A stretch of DNA of 43,458 nt. It comes from Acidobacteriota bacterium. Lineage in GTDB: Bacteria; Acidobacteriota; Vicinamibacteria; Vicinamibacterales; CAVVIG01. Position 1 is the first letter of the stretch. The number at the start of each line of letters is the position of its first letter. Shown one piece after another: positions 24,435 to 33,027 of this stretch. The DNA lies in the NCBI GenBank assembly GCA_043759095.1, contig JAYVMG010000382.1:1-43458 (forward strand), in the 5' to 3' direction. The position numbers and the translations under genes are program-made. The notes under the pieces are model-generated. The model worked only from the letters and a program-made list of their open reading frames with translations, was not told the DNA's origin and did not search any database.

Positions 24435-25400
24435 ATGGGTGATCCCTTCATGGCGACCGGGTTCGGCGAACTAAAAGTATTTTCGGGCAGCGCCCACCAG
24501 GAACTGTCGCGTGAAATCGCGGCGTTTCTCGGCGTGGGGCTAGGGCAGGCGCGTTTGCGCCGGTTTCCGGACTCGGAGGTCTCGTTCCAGATCGACGAGA
24601 ACATCCGTGGGACCGACGTCTTCATCGTGCAGCCGACCAGCAATCCGGTCGACGAGCATCTGATGGAGTTGATGATCATGATCGATGCGTTCCGCCGTTC
24701 GTCGGCGTCGCGCATCACCGCAGTGCTGCCGTATTACGGGTACGCGCGCCAGGATCGCAAGGACAAGCCGCGTGTGCCGATTTCGGCCAAGCTGGTGGCC
24801 AACGTGCTCAGCGCCGCGGGCACCAACCGCGTGCTGACGATGGACCTGCACAAGGCGCAGATTCAGGGGTTCTTTGACATTCCGGTCGATCATCTGTTCG
24901 CCGCGCCGGTGATCATCGATTACCTCGCGCGTCTCGATTACCCGAAGCTGACGATGGTCTCGCCGGACGCGGGCGGCGCCGAACGCGCGCGCGCCTACGC
25001 GAAGCGGCTGGACGCGGAGCTCGCCGTCATCGACAAACGGCGCAGCGACGACGGGACGGCGGAAGTGATGAACGTGATCGGCGACGTCGAGGGGCGGACC
25101 TGCATCCTGCAGGACGACATCATCGACACGGCCGGCACGATCACCAAGGGCGCCGCGGCGCTCAAGGCGAACGGCGCGGCGCGGATCATCGCGTGCGCGG
25201 TGCATGGCGTGCTCTCGGGGCCCGCTATTGAACGGATCGAGAAGTCGCCCATCGACAAGCTGATCGTGACCAACACGATTCCGCTGTCGGCGGCGGGTGC
25301 GGCGTGCAGCAAAGTCGTCGTGTTGTCAGTGGCGCGGCTGCTCGGACAGGCGATCAAGTCGATTCACGAGGAGACGTCGGTGTCCTCGTTGTTTGTGTAG
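24435..25400 (+). CDS. prs: Ribose-phosphate pyrophosphokinase
   Basis: LKVFSGSAHQELSREIA, YYGYARQDRK, DLHKAQIQGFF, DDIIDTAGT. Start could instead be ATG 24450. Confidence 0.94.
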   Translation: MGDPFMATGFGELKVFSGSAHQELSREIAAFLGVGLGQARLRRFPDSEVSFQIDENIRGTDVFIVQPTSNPVDEHLMELMIMIDAFRRSSASRITAVLPYYGYARQDRKDKPRVPISAKLVANVLSAAGTNRVLTMDLHKAQIQGFFDIPVDHLFAAPVIIDYLARLDYPKLTMVSPDAGGAERARAYAKRLDAELAVIDKRRSDDGTAEVMNVIGDVEGRTCILQDDIIDTAGTITKGAAALKANGAARIIACAVHGVLSGPAIERIEKSPIDKLIVTNTIPLSAAGAACSKVVVLSVARLLGQAIKSIHEETSVSSLFV

Positions 25401-25432
25401 GAACGGGGCCTCAAGCCTTTTTGTGAGGAAAC

Positions 25433-26134
25433 ATGGAAGCAGTACTAGAAGCGCAGGCTCGTGACACGTTCGGAAAAAATGAAGCCCGGCGCACGCGCCG
25501 CGGCGGCCACGTCCCCGGCGTGCTGTACGGCGGCGGCGGGACGGACGCCGTGGCGATCGCGGTCAAGCCAAAGGCGCTGCTGAAAATCCTGCACTCGGAA
25601 TCGGGACAGAACACCCTGATCTCGCTGAAGCTCGAAGGCGCCGGCGATAACCGCGTCCTCGTGAAGGATTACCTGCTCGATCCCGTCACGCACGAGGTCC
25701 TGCACGTCGACTTCCTGCGCATCGCGATGGACAAGCTCCTCCAGGTGACCATCCCGATCGTCGTCCACGGCGAGCCGAAGGGCGTGAAGCAGCAGGGCGG
25801 CATCCTCGAGTTCATCCGTCGCGAGGTCGTGATCGAAGTGCTGCCGGCCGACATCCCGGAGCACATCGACGTCGACGTCACGGAGTTGATGCTGCACCAG
25901 GGCATCCGCGTGCGCGATATCGCGACCAACGCGAAGTGGAAGCCGGTCAGCGATCTCGACCTCATGCTCGTCCATGTGATCATGCCGAAGGCCGAAGAAG
26001 TTGCCGCGCCGGCTGATGCGGCTGCTGCCGCCACCGCCACGCCCGCCGAGCCCGAAGTGATGAAGAAGGGCAAGAAGGACGAGGAAGACGGCGACAAAAA
26101 GGACGACAAGAAGAAAGACGACAAGAAGAAGTAA
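25433..26134 (+). CDS. rplY: 50S ribosomal protein L25 / general stress protein Ctc, with a Lys/Asp-rich tail
   Basis: RRGGHVPGVLYGGG, HEVLHVDFLRI. Position between prs and pth as in many bacteria. Confidence 0.9.
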   Translation: MEAVLEAQARDTFGKNEARRTRRGGHVPGVLYGGGGTDAVAIAVKPKALLKILHSESGQNTLISLKLEGAGDNRVLVKDYLLDPVTHEVLHVDFLRIAMDKLLQVTIPIVVHGEPKGVKQQGGILEFIRREVVIEVLPADIPEHIDVDVTELMLHQGIRVRDIATNAKWKPVSDLDLMLVHVIMPKAEEVAAPADAAAAATATPAEPEVMKKGKKDEEDGDKKDDKKKDDKKK

Positions 26135-26142
26135 CGGGCGAC

Positions 26143-26721
26143 GTGAAGGCCATTGTCGGGCTCGGCAACCCGGGCCCGCAGTACACGGGCACGAGGCACA
26201 ACGTTGGCTTCGATGTCGTCGACGAGCTGGCGCGGCGCGCGTCAGCGAGCTTCGAGTCGGCGCCCGCAGACGCGCTGATTGCGAAGTGGCGGCAGTCGGA
26301 TCAGGTCGTTCTGCTGGTGAAACCGCTGACGTTCATGAACCTCAGCGGCCAGGCGGTCGGGGAGCTGGCGCGGTACTTCAAGATCGACGCTGCCGACCTG
26401 ATCGTGATCGTCGACGAGGTCCATCTGCCGCTCGGCAAGCTGCGGGCGCGGACGCGGGGATCAGCCGGCGGCCACAACGGGCTGAAGTCGATCATCGCGC
26501 ACCTCGGCGACGAGTTCTCGCGGGTGCGGGTCGGCGTCGGGCGGGGCGGGGATCAGCGCAACCTGGCGGATCACGTGCTCTCGCGGTTCGAGAAAGATGA
26601 AGTCGCGGAGGTCGAGCGCATGACAGCGCGCGCGGCTGATGCGGCGGAGATGTTCATCGCGTCGGGGATCGAGGCGGTGATGAACGCGTTCAACGGCGGC
26701 GATCCGGCGACAACCGAATAG
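26143..26721 (+). CDS. pth: Peptidyl-tRNA hydrolase
   Basis: MKAIVGLGNPGPQYTGTRHNVGF, GSAGGHNGLKS. GTG start. Confidence 0.94.
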   Translation: MKAIVGLGNPGPQYTGTRHNVGFDVVDELARRASASFESAPADALIAKWRQSDQVVLLVKPLTFMNLSGQAVGELARYFKIDAADLIVIVDEVHLPLGKLRARTRGSAGGHNGLKSIIAHLGDEFSRVRVGVGRGGDQRNLADHVLSRFEKDEVAEVERMTARAADAAEMFIASGIEAVMNAFNGGDPATTE

Positions 26722-26746
26722 CCCTGAGATAGTCGAAGGGCGCCTT

Positions 26747-26782
26747 GCCACCACGTTGGTGGCCGCTTCGCAGTGTGAAGCG
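26747..26782 (+). promoter_or_regulatory. Two adjacent hairpins in the rpsF leader (possible S6:S18 autoregulatory leader)
   Basis: GCCACCA-cgt-TGGTGGC (26747-26763), immediately followed by CGCTTC-gcagtgt-GAAGCG (26764-26782), then AGGAG and ATG. Confidence 0.3.
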
Positions 26783-26797
26783 TCCTTAGGAGCAGCA

Positions 26798-27250
26798 ATG
26801 TCAGATCGACAGTACGAACTCATCTACATCCTTCCCCCGGACACGACCGAACAACAGGTCGCCGAACTCCAGGCGCAGGTCGAAGAAGTGGTCACCCGGT
26901 TGAGCGGGACGATCGCCAGCACCGACAACTGGGGACGCAAGCGTCTCGCCTACGAGATCGCCCGCCACAAGGAGGGCTACTACGTCCTCCAGACGATCAA
27001 TGGCAGCGGCGAGTTGATGAAGGAACTGGATCGCCGGCTGAAGGTGATGGACATCGTCATCCGGCAGATGATCGTCCGCGTGGACGAAGAGAAGAAGGTT
27101 GTCGACCGCACGCAGACCAAGCGGCGGACCAACTCGGAACGCCGGCGCGTGAAGCGCGGGCTGCCGCCACAGCGGCAACCGGGTGAAGGCCGTCCGGCCG
27201 GCGAGCCGGACGATCAGGACGACGATCGATTTGAAGTAGGAGAGGTTTAA
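26798..27250 (+). CDS. rpsF: 30S ribosomal protein S6
   Basis: MSDRQYELIYILPP...WGRKRLAYEI. AGGAG Shine-Dalgarno 6 nt upstream. Confidence 0.93.
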   Translation: MSDRQYELIYILPPDTTEQQVAELQAQVEEVVTRLSGTIASTDNWGRKRLAYEIARHKEGYYVLQTINGSGELMKELDRRLKVMDIVIRQMIVRVDEEKKVVDRTQTKRRTNSERRRVKRGLPPQRQPGEGRPAGEPDDQDDDRFEVGEV

Positions 27251-27253
27251 GCC

Positions 27254-27568
27254 ATGCCACCATTTGGACAGGGACGATCGGGCGGCGGTGGCGGCGGACG
27301 CGGCCGGGCCGGCGACAAGAAGGCCGGCGACAAGGAAAAGGGACAGCGCCGCACGCTGTTTCGCCGTCGCAAGGTCTGCAAGTTCTGCGCGGACAAGATC
27401 GACGACATCAACTACAAGGATGTGAAGCTGATCGGGCCGTTCGTGCCCGAGCGTGGCAAGATTCTGCCGCGGCGCATTTCCGGCACGTGCGCGAAGCACC
27501 AGCGCAAACTGCAGACGGCGATTAAGCGCGCCCGGCAGATCGCGCTGATTCCTTACGTAACGGAGTAG
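27254..27568 (+). CDS. rpsR: 30S ribosomal protein S18 (Gly/Lys-rich N-terminal extension)
   Basis: [49 protein letters not shown]. Confidence 0.94.
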   Translation: MPPFGQGRSGGGGGGRGRAGDKKAGDKEKGQRRTLFRRRKVCKFCADKIDDINYKDVKLIGPFVPERGKILPRRISGTCAKHQRKLQTAIKRARQIALIPYVTE

Positions 27569-27577
27569 AGGCACGCC

Positions 27578-28030
27578 ATGGAAGTTATTCTTCGAGAACA
27601 CGTCGACAACCTCGGACGCCGCGGCGACCTCGTGAAAGTCGCCGACGGTTACGCGCGCAATTACCTGCTGCCGCGCAAGATGGCCCTGCTCGCGACAGAG
27701 GGCAACAAAAAGGTCATCGCGCGCGAGAAGGTCAAGTTCGACGTCAAAGAGGCGGAAGAACAGAAGGTCGCGCAGGCCGTAGCGGATCGGCTGGCCGCGG
27801 TCGAGGTCGAGATCGCGCGCAAGGTCGGCGAGACCGACGCGCTGTTCGGCTCGGTCACCAACGCCGACATCGCCGACGTGCTGGCCGCCAAGGGCTTCGA
27901 CATCGATCGCCGGACCATCCAGCTCCACGATCCGATCAAGCGGCTCGGCGAGTTCGAAGTGCCGGTGAAGCTCCACCGCGACGTCACCGTGACGTTGAAG
28001 GTAAAGGTCACGGCAGAAGCCAAGAGCTAG
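27578..28030 (+). CDS. rplI: 50S ribosomal protein L9
   Basis: MEVILREHVDNLGRRGDLVKVADGYARNYLLPRKMA. Confidence 0.94.
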   Translation: MEVILREHVDNLGRRGDLVKVADGYARNYLLPRKMALLATEGNKKVIAREKVKFDVKEAEEQKVAQAVADRLAAVEVEIARKVGETDALFGSVTNADIADVLAAKGFDIDRRTIQLHDPIKRLGEFEVPVKLHRDVTVTLKVKVTAEAKS

Positions 28031-28167
28031 AACTTAGAACGAAGAAGTTAAAACTTAGAACTGCAACTCGGGACTGGGCCTGCCTGGTTCCGAGTTTTCT
28101 TTTTTGGGTCGCGCGTTTGCGCTTATAGTTCTACTTCTGAGTTTTCAGTTCTCACTTCTAAGTTCCA
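28029..28167. repeat. Five AGAACTN heptads and six inverted AGTTCTN heptads bracketing the rplI terminator
   Basis: 28029-28063: AGAACTT AGAACGA AGAAGTT AAAACTT AGAACTG. 28126-28167: TAGTTCT ACTTCTG AGTTTTC AGTTCTC ACTTCTA AGTTCCA, ending at the dnaB ATG. Confidence 0.85.
28065..28105 (+). terminator. Rho-independent terminator after rplI
   Basis: Stem AACTCGG (28065-28071) / CCGAGTT (28090-28096), followed by TTTTCTTTTTT. Confidence 0.7.
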
Positions 28168-29520
28168 ATGGCTGATACTGCGGTCGCCGAACGCACGCTT
28201 CCTCACAACCTCGAAGCCGAGCGCTCCGTGCTGGGCGCGATTCTCCTCCACAACGACGCGTTCAATCTGGCGGCCGAAGTCATCGACGCCAACGACTTCT
28301 TTCGTGACGCGCACCGGCGCATCTTCGACAAGATGGTCAAGCTGGCGGAGCGCAATGACGCGATCGATCTCGTCACGCTGAAAGAAGAACTCGGGCGCTC
28401 GGGCGACCTCGACGAGGTCGGCGGCCCCGCCTACATCTCCGCTCTCATCGACGGCGTGCCGCGCCACACCAACGTCGAGCACTACGCCAAGATCATCAAG
28501 GAGAAGGCGACACTCCGTCATCTCATTTTTTCCGCCAACAAAATTCTCGCCACGGCGTACGCGGGCGAAGACGAAGCCGACCTGATCCTCGATCAGGCCG
28601 AGCACGCGATTTTCGCGATCGCCGACGACAAGATCCGCGACGGCTTCGTGTCACTGCGCGACCTCGCGCAGGGCAGCCTTGATACGATCGAGAAGCTGCA
28701 CTCGCGCAAGGAACTGGTCACCGGCGTGCCGACCGGCTTCACGGATCTCGACGAGATGACGTCGGGGCTGCAGCCGTCGGACCTCGTGATCATCGCCGCG
28801 CGCCCCTCGATGGGGAAGACCAGCCTGGTGCTGAACATCGCGCAGCACGTCGGTACGAAGACGGACATGACGGTCGGCGTGTTCAGCCTTGAAATGTCGA
28901 AGGAACAGCTGTTTCTCCGCATGCTGACAGGCGAGGCGCGCATCGACGCGCACCGCCTGCGCGGCGGCTTCCTTGGCGAGAAGGACTGGGGCCGGTTGTC
29001 GCAGGCCATCGGCACGCTGAGCGAAGCCAAGATTTTCATCGACGACACGCCGTCGATCGGCGTGCTCGAGATGCGCGCGAAGTGCCGCCGACTCGCATCC
29101 GAGCACGGCCTGCACATGGTGATCATCGACTACGTGCAGCTGATGCAGGGACGCGGCAAATTCGAGAACCGCACGCTGGAACTGGGCGCGATCTCGCGGT
29201 CGTTGAAGGGACTCGCGAAGGAACTCCGCGTCCCGATCGTCCTGCTCTCGCAGCTGAGCCGCGCACCCGAAGCGCGAGCCGATCACCGCCCGCAGCTCTC
29301 CGACCTTCGAGAGTCCGGCGCCCTCGAGCAGGACGCCGACGTCGTCGCGTTCATCTACCGCGAGGAGATGTACCTCGACAAGGGGCAGCCGCCGGCCGAC
29401 TCGCAGGGCGTGGCGGAATTAATCATCGCGAAACAGCGTAACGGCCCCACCGGTGTCGTGAAGCTCGCGTTCATCCGCGAGTTCACGCGCTTCGAAAACC
29501 TCTCGGGCGGCGGCGGATAG
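28168..29520 (+). CDS. dnaB: Replicative DNA helicase
   Basis: LPHNLEAERSVLGAILL, Walker A ARPSMGKTS, QLSRAPE, IIAKQRNGPTG. No intein. Confidence 0.95.
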   Translation: MADTAVAERTLPHNLEAERSVLGAILLHNDAFNLAAEVIDANDFFRDAHRRIFDKMVKLAERNDAIDLVTLKEELGRSGDLDEVGGPAYISALIDGVPRHTNVEHYAKIIKEKATLRHLIFSANKILATAYAGEDEADLILDQAEHAIFAIADDKIRDGFVSLRDLAQGSLDTIEKLHSRKELVTGVPTGFTDLDEMTSGLQPSDLVIIAARPSMGKTSLVLNIAQHVGTKTDMTVGVFSLEMSKEQLFLRMLTGEARIDAHRLRGGFLGEKDWGRLSQAIGTLSEAKIFIDDTPSIGVLEMRAKCRRLASEHGLHMVIIDYVQLMQGRGKFENRTLELGAISRSLKGLAKELRVPIVLLSQLSRAPEARADHRPQLSDLRESGALEQDADVVAFIYREEMYLDKGQPPADSQGVAELIIAKQRNGPTGVVKLAFIREFTRFENLSGGGG

Positions 29521-29526
29521 CTGTGG

Positions 29527-29547
29527 CGCAGCCCGTTCAGGGCTGCG
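29527..29547. terminator. Hairpin CGCAGCCC-GTTCA-GGGCTGCG between convergent dnaB and the hydrolase gene
   Basis: Perfect 8-bp stem with no U-tract. Only structure in the 40-nt convergent spacer. Confidence 0.45.
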
Positions 29548-29560
29548 GATCGACCGACTG

Positions 29561-30253
29561 TCAGCCGAGCGTCTTTTTCAGAAACGCGACAACCTCCGGC
29601 CAGATCTTCGCGGCCATCGCCTCGTCGAACGTGCCCAGCGCGTTGTGCGGCGCCATGAACGCGTGGCTGGTACCGGCGTGAACGGTTAGCGTGACCGTCT
29701 TGCCCAGCCCTCGAAGCTTGGCCTCGAGCGCGCGCGCACCGTCTGGCGGAAAGAAGGTGTCCTGCTCCGCCATGTGTCCGCTGATGACAGCTGTGAGTTT
29801 CGACCAGTCCGGCTCCATCGCGCCCGCTGGATATCCGTAGAAGGGGACCAGCACCTTCACCTTGTCGCCGCGATTGGCGGCGATGAGGAACGACAGCATC
29901 CCGCCCATGCAGAATCCGACCACGCCGATGCCGTGGTGCGTGACCGAGGGCAGGCTCGCCAGGTAGTCGATGGCGCCGCTCATGTCGCGCGCTGCACGAT
30001 CGGCCGGCATGGCATTCATCAGATGCGCGGCCTTGTCCATCTCGTCGTGAGCGGCGAGTTCCCCGTGATAGAGATCCGGCGCAAGCGCGACGAATCCGGC
30101 GTCGCCCAGGCGATCGGTCATCTCCTTGATGCCTGAATCCAGACCCCACCATTCCTGGATCACGAGAACGCCGGGACCCGATCCGGACACCGGCGTGACG
30201 AGGTATCCCGATGCGGTGTTACCGTTGCTGCGGAATTCGACGGTGTCAGCCAT
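29561..30253 (-). CDS. Dienelactone hydrolase family protein
   Basis: 230 aa, GVLVIQEWWGL, nucleophile motif GFCMGG, C-terminal HAF. The long upstream track extension to 31507 is antisense to alr and is rejected. Confidence 0.8.
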   Translation of the reverse strand: MADTVEFRSNGNTASGYLVTPVSGSGPGVLVIQEWWGLDSGIKEMTDRLGDAGFVALAPDLYHGELAAHDEMDKAAHLMNAMPADRAARDMSGAIDYLASLPSVTHHGIGVVGFCMGGMLSFLIAANRGDKVKVLVPFYGYPAGAMEPDWSKLTAVISGHMAEQDTFFPPDGARALEAKLRGLGKTVTLTVHAGTSHAFMAPHNALGTFDEAMAAKIWPEVVAFLKKTLG

Positions 30254-30277
30254 GCGCAAAAGAATAAACTGAAACCG

Positions 30278-31444
30278 ATGATTCGCCCAACCGTCGCGCG
30301 GATTGATCTCGACGCGCTGAAATCCAACTACCGGCTGATCGTCGATTCCCTCGCCGCGGACGCCGCTGTGCGCGCGCCTGGTGTGATCGCGGTCGTGAAG
30401 GCGAACGCGTACGGCCACGGAGCCGCCCAAGTGGCGCTGGCGCTGGAAGACGCAGGCGCCGACCTGCTGGCATGCGCCGACATCGAAGAAGGCGCGGCGC
30501 TGCGAGCCGCCGGCGTGCGCGCCGATATTCTCGTGTTCGGCGCGCTCAGCGTCAGCGATCTCGATGGCCTGTTCGACTGCCGGCTGACGCCGACGATCTC
30601 CACGCCGGGCGCCGCACACGCCGTGCAGGCGGCCGCCGAGAAGTACAAGCAGCGCATCCGCTACCACCTCAAGATCGACACCGGCATGAACCGCCTCGGC
30701 TTCCGCTTCGACAACCTGCGTCGGACGCTGCCCGAGCTGCTCGCCAGTCCTAACCTGGATCTCGAGGCGATCTACACGCATTTCGCGACCGCCGATGAAC
30801 CCGAGTCGCCGCTGTTCAACGAGCAGCGCCTGCGCTTCGAGCGCGCGCGAGCCGAGATCGCGGACATGGCGAACTCGTCGCCTACCCGACCCACTGGACC
30901 TCCCAGCCCTATCCCTCCCTATGTGCATGCGGCGAACAGCGCCGCGCTCCTGCGCGACTCCCGCGTCTGGTACGACCGCGTGCGCCCAGGCCTTCTGCTG
31001 TACGGCATCGTGCCGCCGCCGCTGGCGTCCACGCTGCCGCTGACCCCAATCATGACGCTCGGCAGCCGCATCGTCGCGGTGAAGGGTGTGCGCGGGGATG
31101 AAGGCGTCGGCTACGGCGTGAAATTCACGGCGGAGCAGCCGGCGACGATCGCGATCGTGCCGGCCGGGTATGCGGACGGCCTGGATCTGCGCCTCGCGGG
31201 CCGCGGCTCCGTGCTGATTCGTGGACGTCGCGCGCCAATCGTCGGTTCGGTCTGCATGGACATGTTGATGGCCGACGTGACAGGGCTCGACGTGTCGCCA
31301 GGCGACGAGGTGGTGATCATCGGATCGCAAGGCGCCGATCGCATCGACGTCCGCGAAATGGCCGCGCAGATCGGCACCATCCCGTACGAAATTCTCTGCC
31401 GCATCGGCAGTAGGATCGAGAGGATATACGACGAGGTCAGGTAG
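30278..31444 (+). CDS. alr: Alanine racemase
   Basis: AVVKANAYGHG (PLP lysine), VGYG, PIVGSVCMDMLMADV. Confidence 0.93.
   Translation: MIRPTVARIDLDALKSNYRLIVDSLAADAAVRAPGVIAVVKANAYGHGAAQVALALEDAGADLLACADIEEGAALRAAGVRADILVFGALSVSDLDGLFDCRLTPTISTPGAAHAVQAAAEKYKQRIRYHLKIDTGMNRLGFRFDNLRRTLPELLASPNLDLEAIYTHFATADEPESPLFNEQRLRFERARAEIADMANSSPTRPTGPPSPIPPYVHAANSAALLRDSRVWYDRVRPGLLLYGIVPPPLASTLPLTPIMTLGSRIVAVKGVRGDEGVGYGVKFTAEQPATIAIVPAGYADGLDLRLAGRGSVLIRGRRAPIVGSVCMDMLMADVTGLDVSPGDEVVIIGSQGADRIDVREMAAQIGTIPYEILCRIGSRIERIYDEVR
30878..30919. repeat. ACC-rich repeat-like segment inside alr
   Basis: ACCCGACCCAC (30885-30895) is identical to 31488-31498. Translated as SPTRPTGPPSPIPP. Confidence 0.55.
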
Positions 31445-31513
31445 GTCAGGTTGGTCTGGTAGGTCAGGTAGGTGACCCACTCGACTCACCCGACCCACGC
31501 GACCCACCCGACC
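31435..31513. repeat. GGT-rich arm followed by ACC-rich arm, filling the alr-radA spacer
   Basis: GGTCAGGTAGGTCAGGTTGGTCTGGTAGGTCAGGTAGGTG then ACCCACTCGACTCACCCGACCCACGCGACCCACCCGACC. Confidence 0.75.
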
Positions 31514-31515
31514 TT

Positions 31516-32910
31516 ATGAAGGCACCCAAGACCGTCTTCGTCTGTCAGGAATGCGGTTCGCAGTCGCCGAAGTGGCTGGGCCGCTGCGCGGACTGCGGCG
31601 CGTGGAACTCGCTCGTCGAAGAACGTCCGCAGGTGGAAGCCGCCGGCGGCGGCGCGGCGGGACCGCACCGATACGCGCTGACTGGCGCGAACGGCGCGGC
31701 GCAGCTCTACGCGGACATTGCGATTGAAAACTACGCGCGCCTGACGACCGGCATCGACGAGTTCGATCGCGTGCTCGGCGGCGGCGTCGTGCCCGGATCG
31801 CTGATCCTGCTCGGCGGCGAGCCCGGCATCGGCAAATCGACGCTGCTGCTCCAGGCCGCGGCGAACATGGCGCGCACGATCGGTCCGGTGCTCTACAGCT
31901 CGGGTGAGGAATCGGAGCACCAGATCAAATCGCGCGGCGAGCGGCTGAATGTCGGCAAGGCGCCGCTCTACCTGCTGGCGGAAACCTGTCTCGAGCGGAT
32001 CCTCGAAGAGATCGCGCGCATCAAACCCGCGCTCGTCATCGTCGATTCCGTGCAGACGGTGTTCTCGCTGAAGTTCCAGTCGGCGCCTGGCAGCATCGGT
32101 CAGGTGCGCGAGGCGGCGACGCAGCTGTTGTTCACGGCAAAGGGACACAACATCCCGACGTTCCTCGTTGGCCACATTACGAAAGACGGCAGCCTGGCCG
32201 GTCCGAAGGCGCTCGAACATGTTGTCGACACCGTGCTGTATTTCGAAGGTGAGCGGCATCACTCGCATCGCGTCGTCCGCGCGGTGAAAAATCGTTTTGG
32301 CGCGGCGAGCGAACTTGGCGTGTTCGAGATGACGTCCACCGGCCTGCGTCCGGTGCCGAACCCCTCGAAGATGTTTCTCGCCGAGCGGCCGACGAACGCG
32401 CCCGGATCCGCCGTGCTCTGCTCAGTGGAAGGATCGCGGCCGATTCTCGTCGAGGTCCAGGCGCTCGTCAGCTCCAGCACGTACGGCAACGCGCGGCGCA
32501 TGGCGAGCGGGATCGATCAGCAGCGCCTGACGCTGCTGCTGGCCGTGCTCGAGAAACGTGCCGGCCTCAATCTGATTGGCGACGATGTGTTCGTGAATAT
32601 CGCGGGAGGGATGACGGTGGACGAGCCTGCATCCGACCTCGGTGTGCTCGCGGCGATCGCGTCCAGCGTTCGCAATCGCGTGATCCCTCCCACGACCGCG
32701 ATGTTCGGCGAAGTCGGTCTCGCCGGCGAAGTGCGCGGCATCTCTCAGGCCCCGCTCCGCATTCGTGAAGCGGCGCAGATGGGATTCCGCCGCTGCATCA
32801 TGCCCGCGGCCAATATCGATCCGGCCGACCGTGGTCAGCTGGCTGGGGAGTGCGAGCTCGTCGGCGTGCGGACGGTGGGGGAAGCCCTCGACGCGTTGCT
32901 GACCCAATGA
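31516..32910 (+). CDS. radA: DNA repair protein RadA/Sms
   Basis: Zinc ribbon CQECGSQSPKWLGRCADCGAWNS, Walker A GGEPGIGKST, KNRFG, Lon-like C-terminal domain. Confidence 0.95.
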   Translation: MKAPKTVFVCQECGSQSPKWLGRCADCGAWNSLVEERPQVEAAGGGAAGPHRYALTGANGAAQLYADIAIENYARLTTGIDEFDRVLGGGVVPGSLILLGGEPGIGKSTLLLQAAANMARTIGPVLYSSGEESEHQIKSRGERLNVGKAPLYLLAETCLERILEEIARIKPALVIVDSVQTVFSLKFQSAPGSIGQVREAATQLLFTAKGHNIPTFLVGHITKDGSLAGPKALEHVVDTVLYFEGERHHSHRVVRAVKNRFGAASELGVFEMTSTGLRPVPNPSKMFLAERPTNAPGSAVLCSVEGSRPILVEVQALVSSSTYGNARRMASGIDQQRLTLLLAVLEKRAGLNLIGDDVFVNIAGGMTVDEPASDLGVLAAIASSVRNRVIPPTTAMFGEVGLAGEVRGISQAPLRIREAAQMGFRRCIMPAANIDPADRGQLAGECELVGVRTVGEALDALLTQ

Positions 32911-32952
32911 TCTCTGATCTCGCACGCTGCGTGATAATTGGTGATATCTTTC

Positions 32953-32983
32953 CCGCGGGGCTGTCGCCGCGGTCCTTTTCTTA
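32953..32983 (+). terminator. Putative Rho-independent terminator after radA
   Basis: CCGCGG (32953-32958) / CCGCGG (32967-32972) stem with an 8-nt loop, then TCCTTTTCTTAATTCTT. Confidence 0.5.
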
Positions 32984-33027
32984 ATTCTTAATCGAAGCGG
33001 CAAATTTCATATTCGGGGGTTGCCCCA

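Noticed and set aside
29561-31507. 648-aa minus-strand ORF that would extend the hydrolase gene across alr.
   Set aside because: Only the C-terminal 230 aa (from ATG 30253) look like a dienelactone hydrolase. The upstream part is antisense to alr and repeat-derived (MGRVGRVSRVGHLPDLPDQPDLPD).
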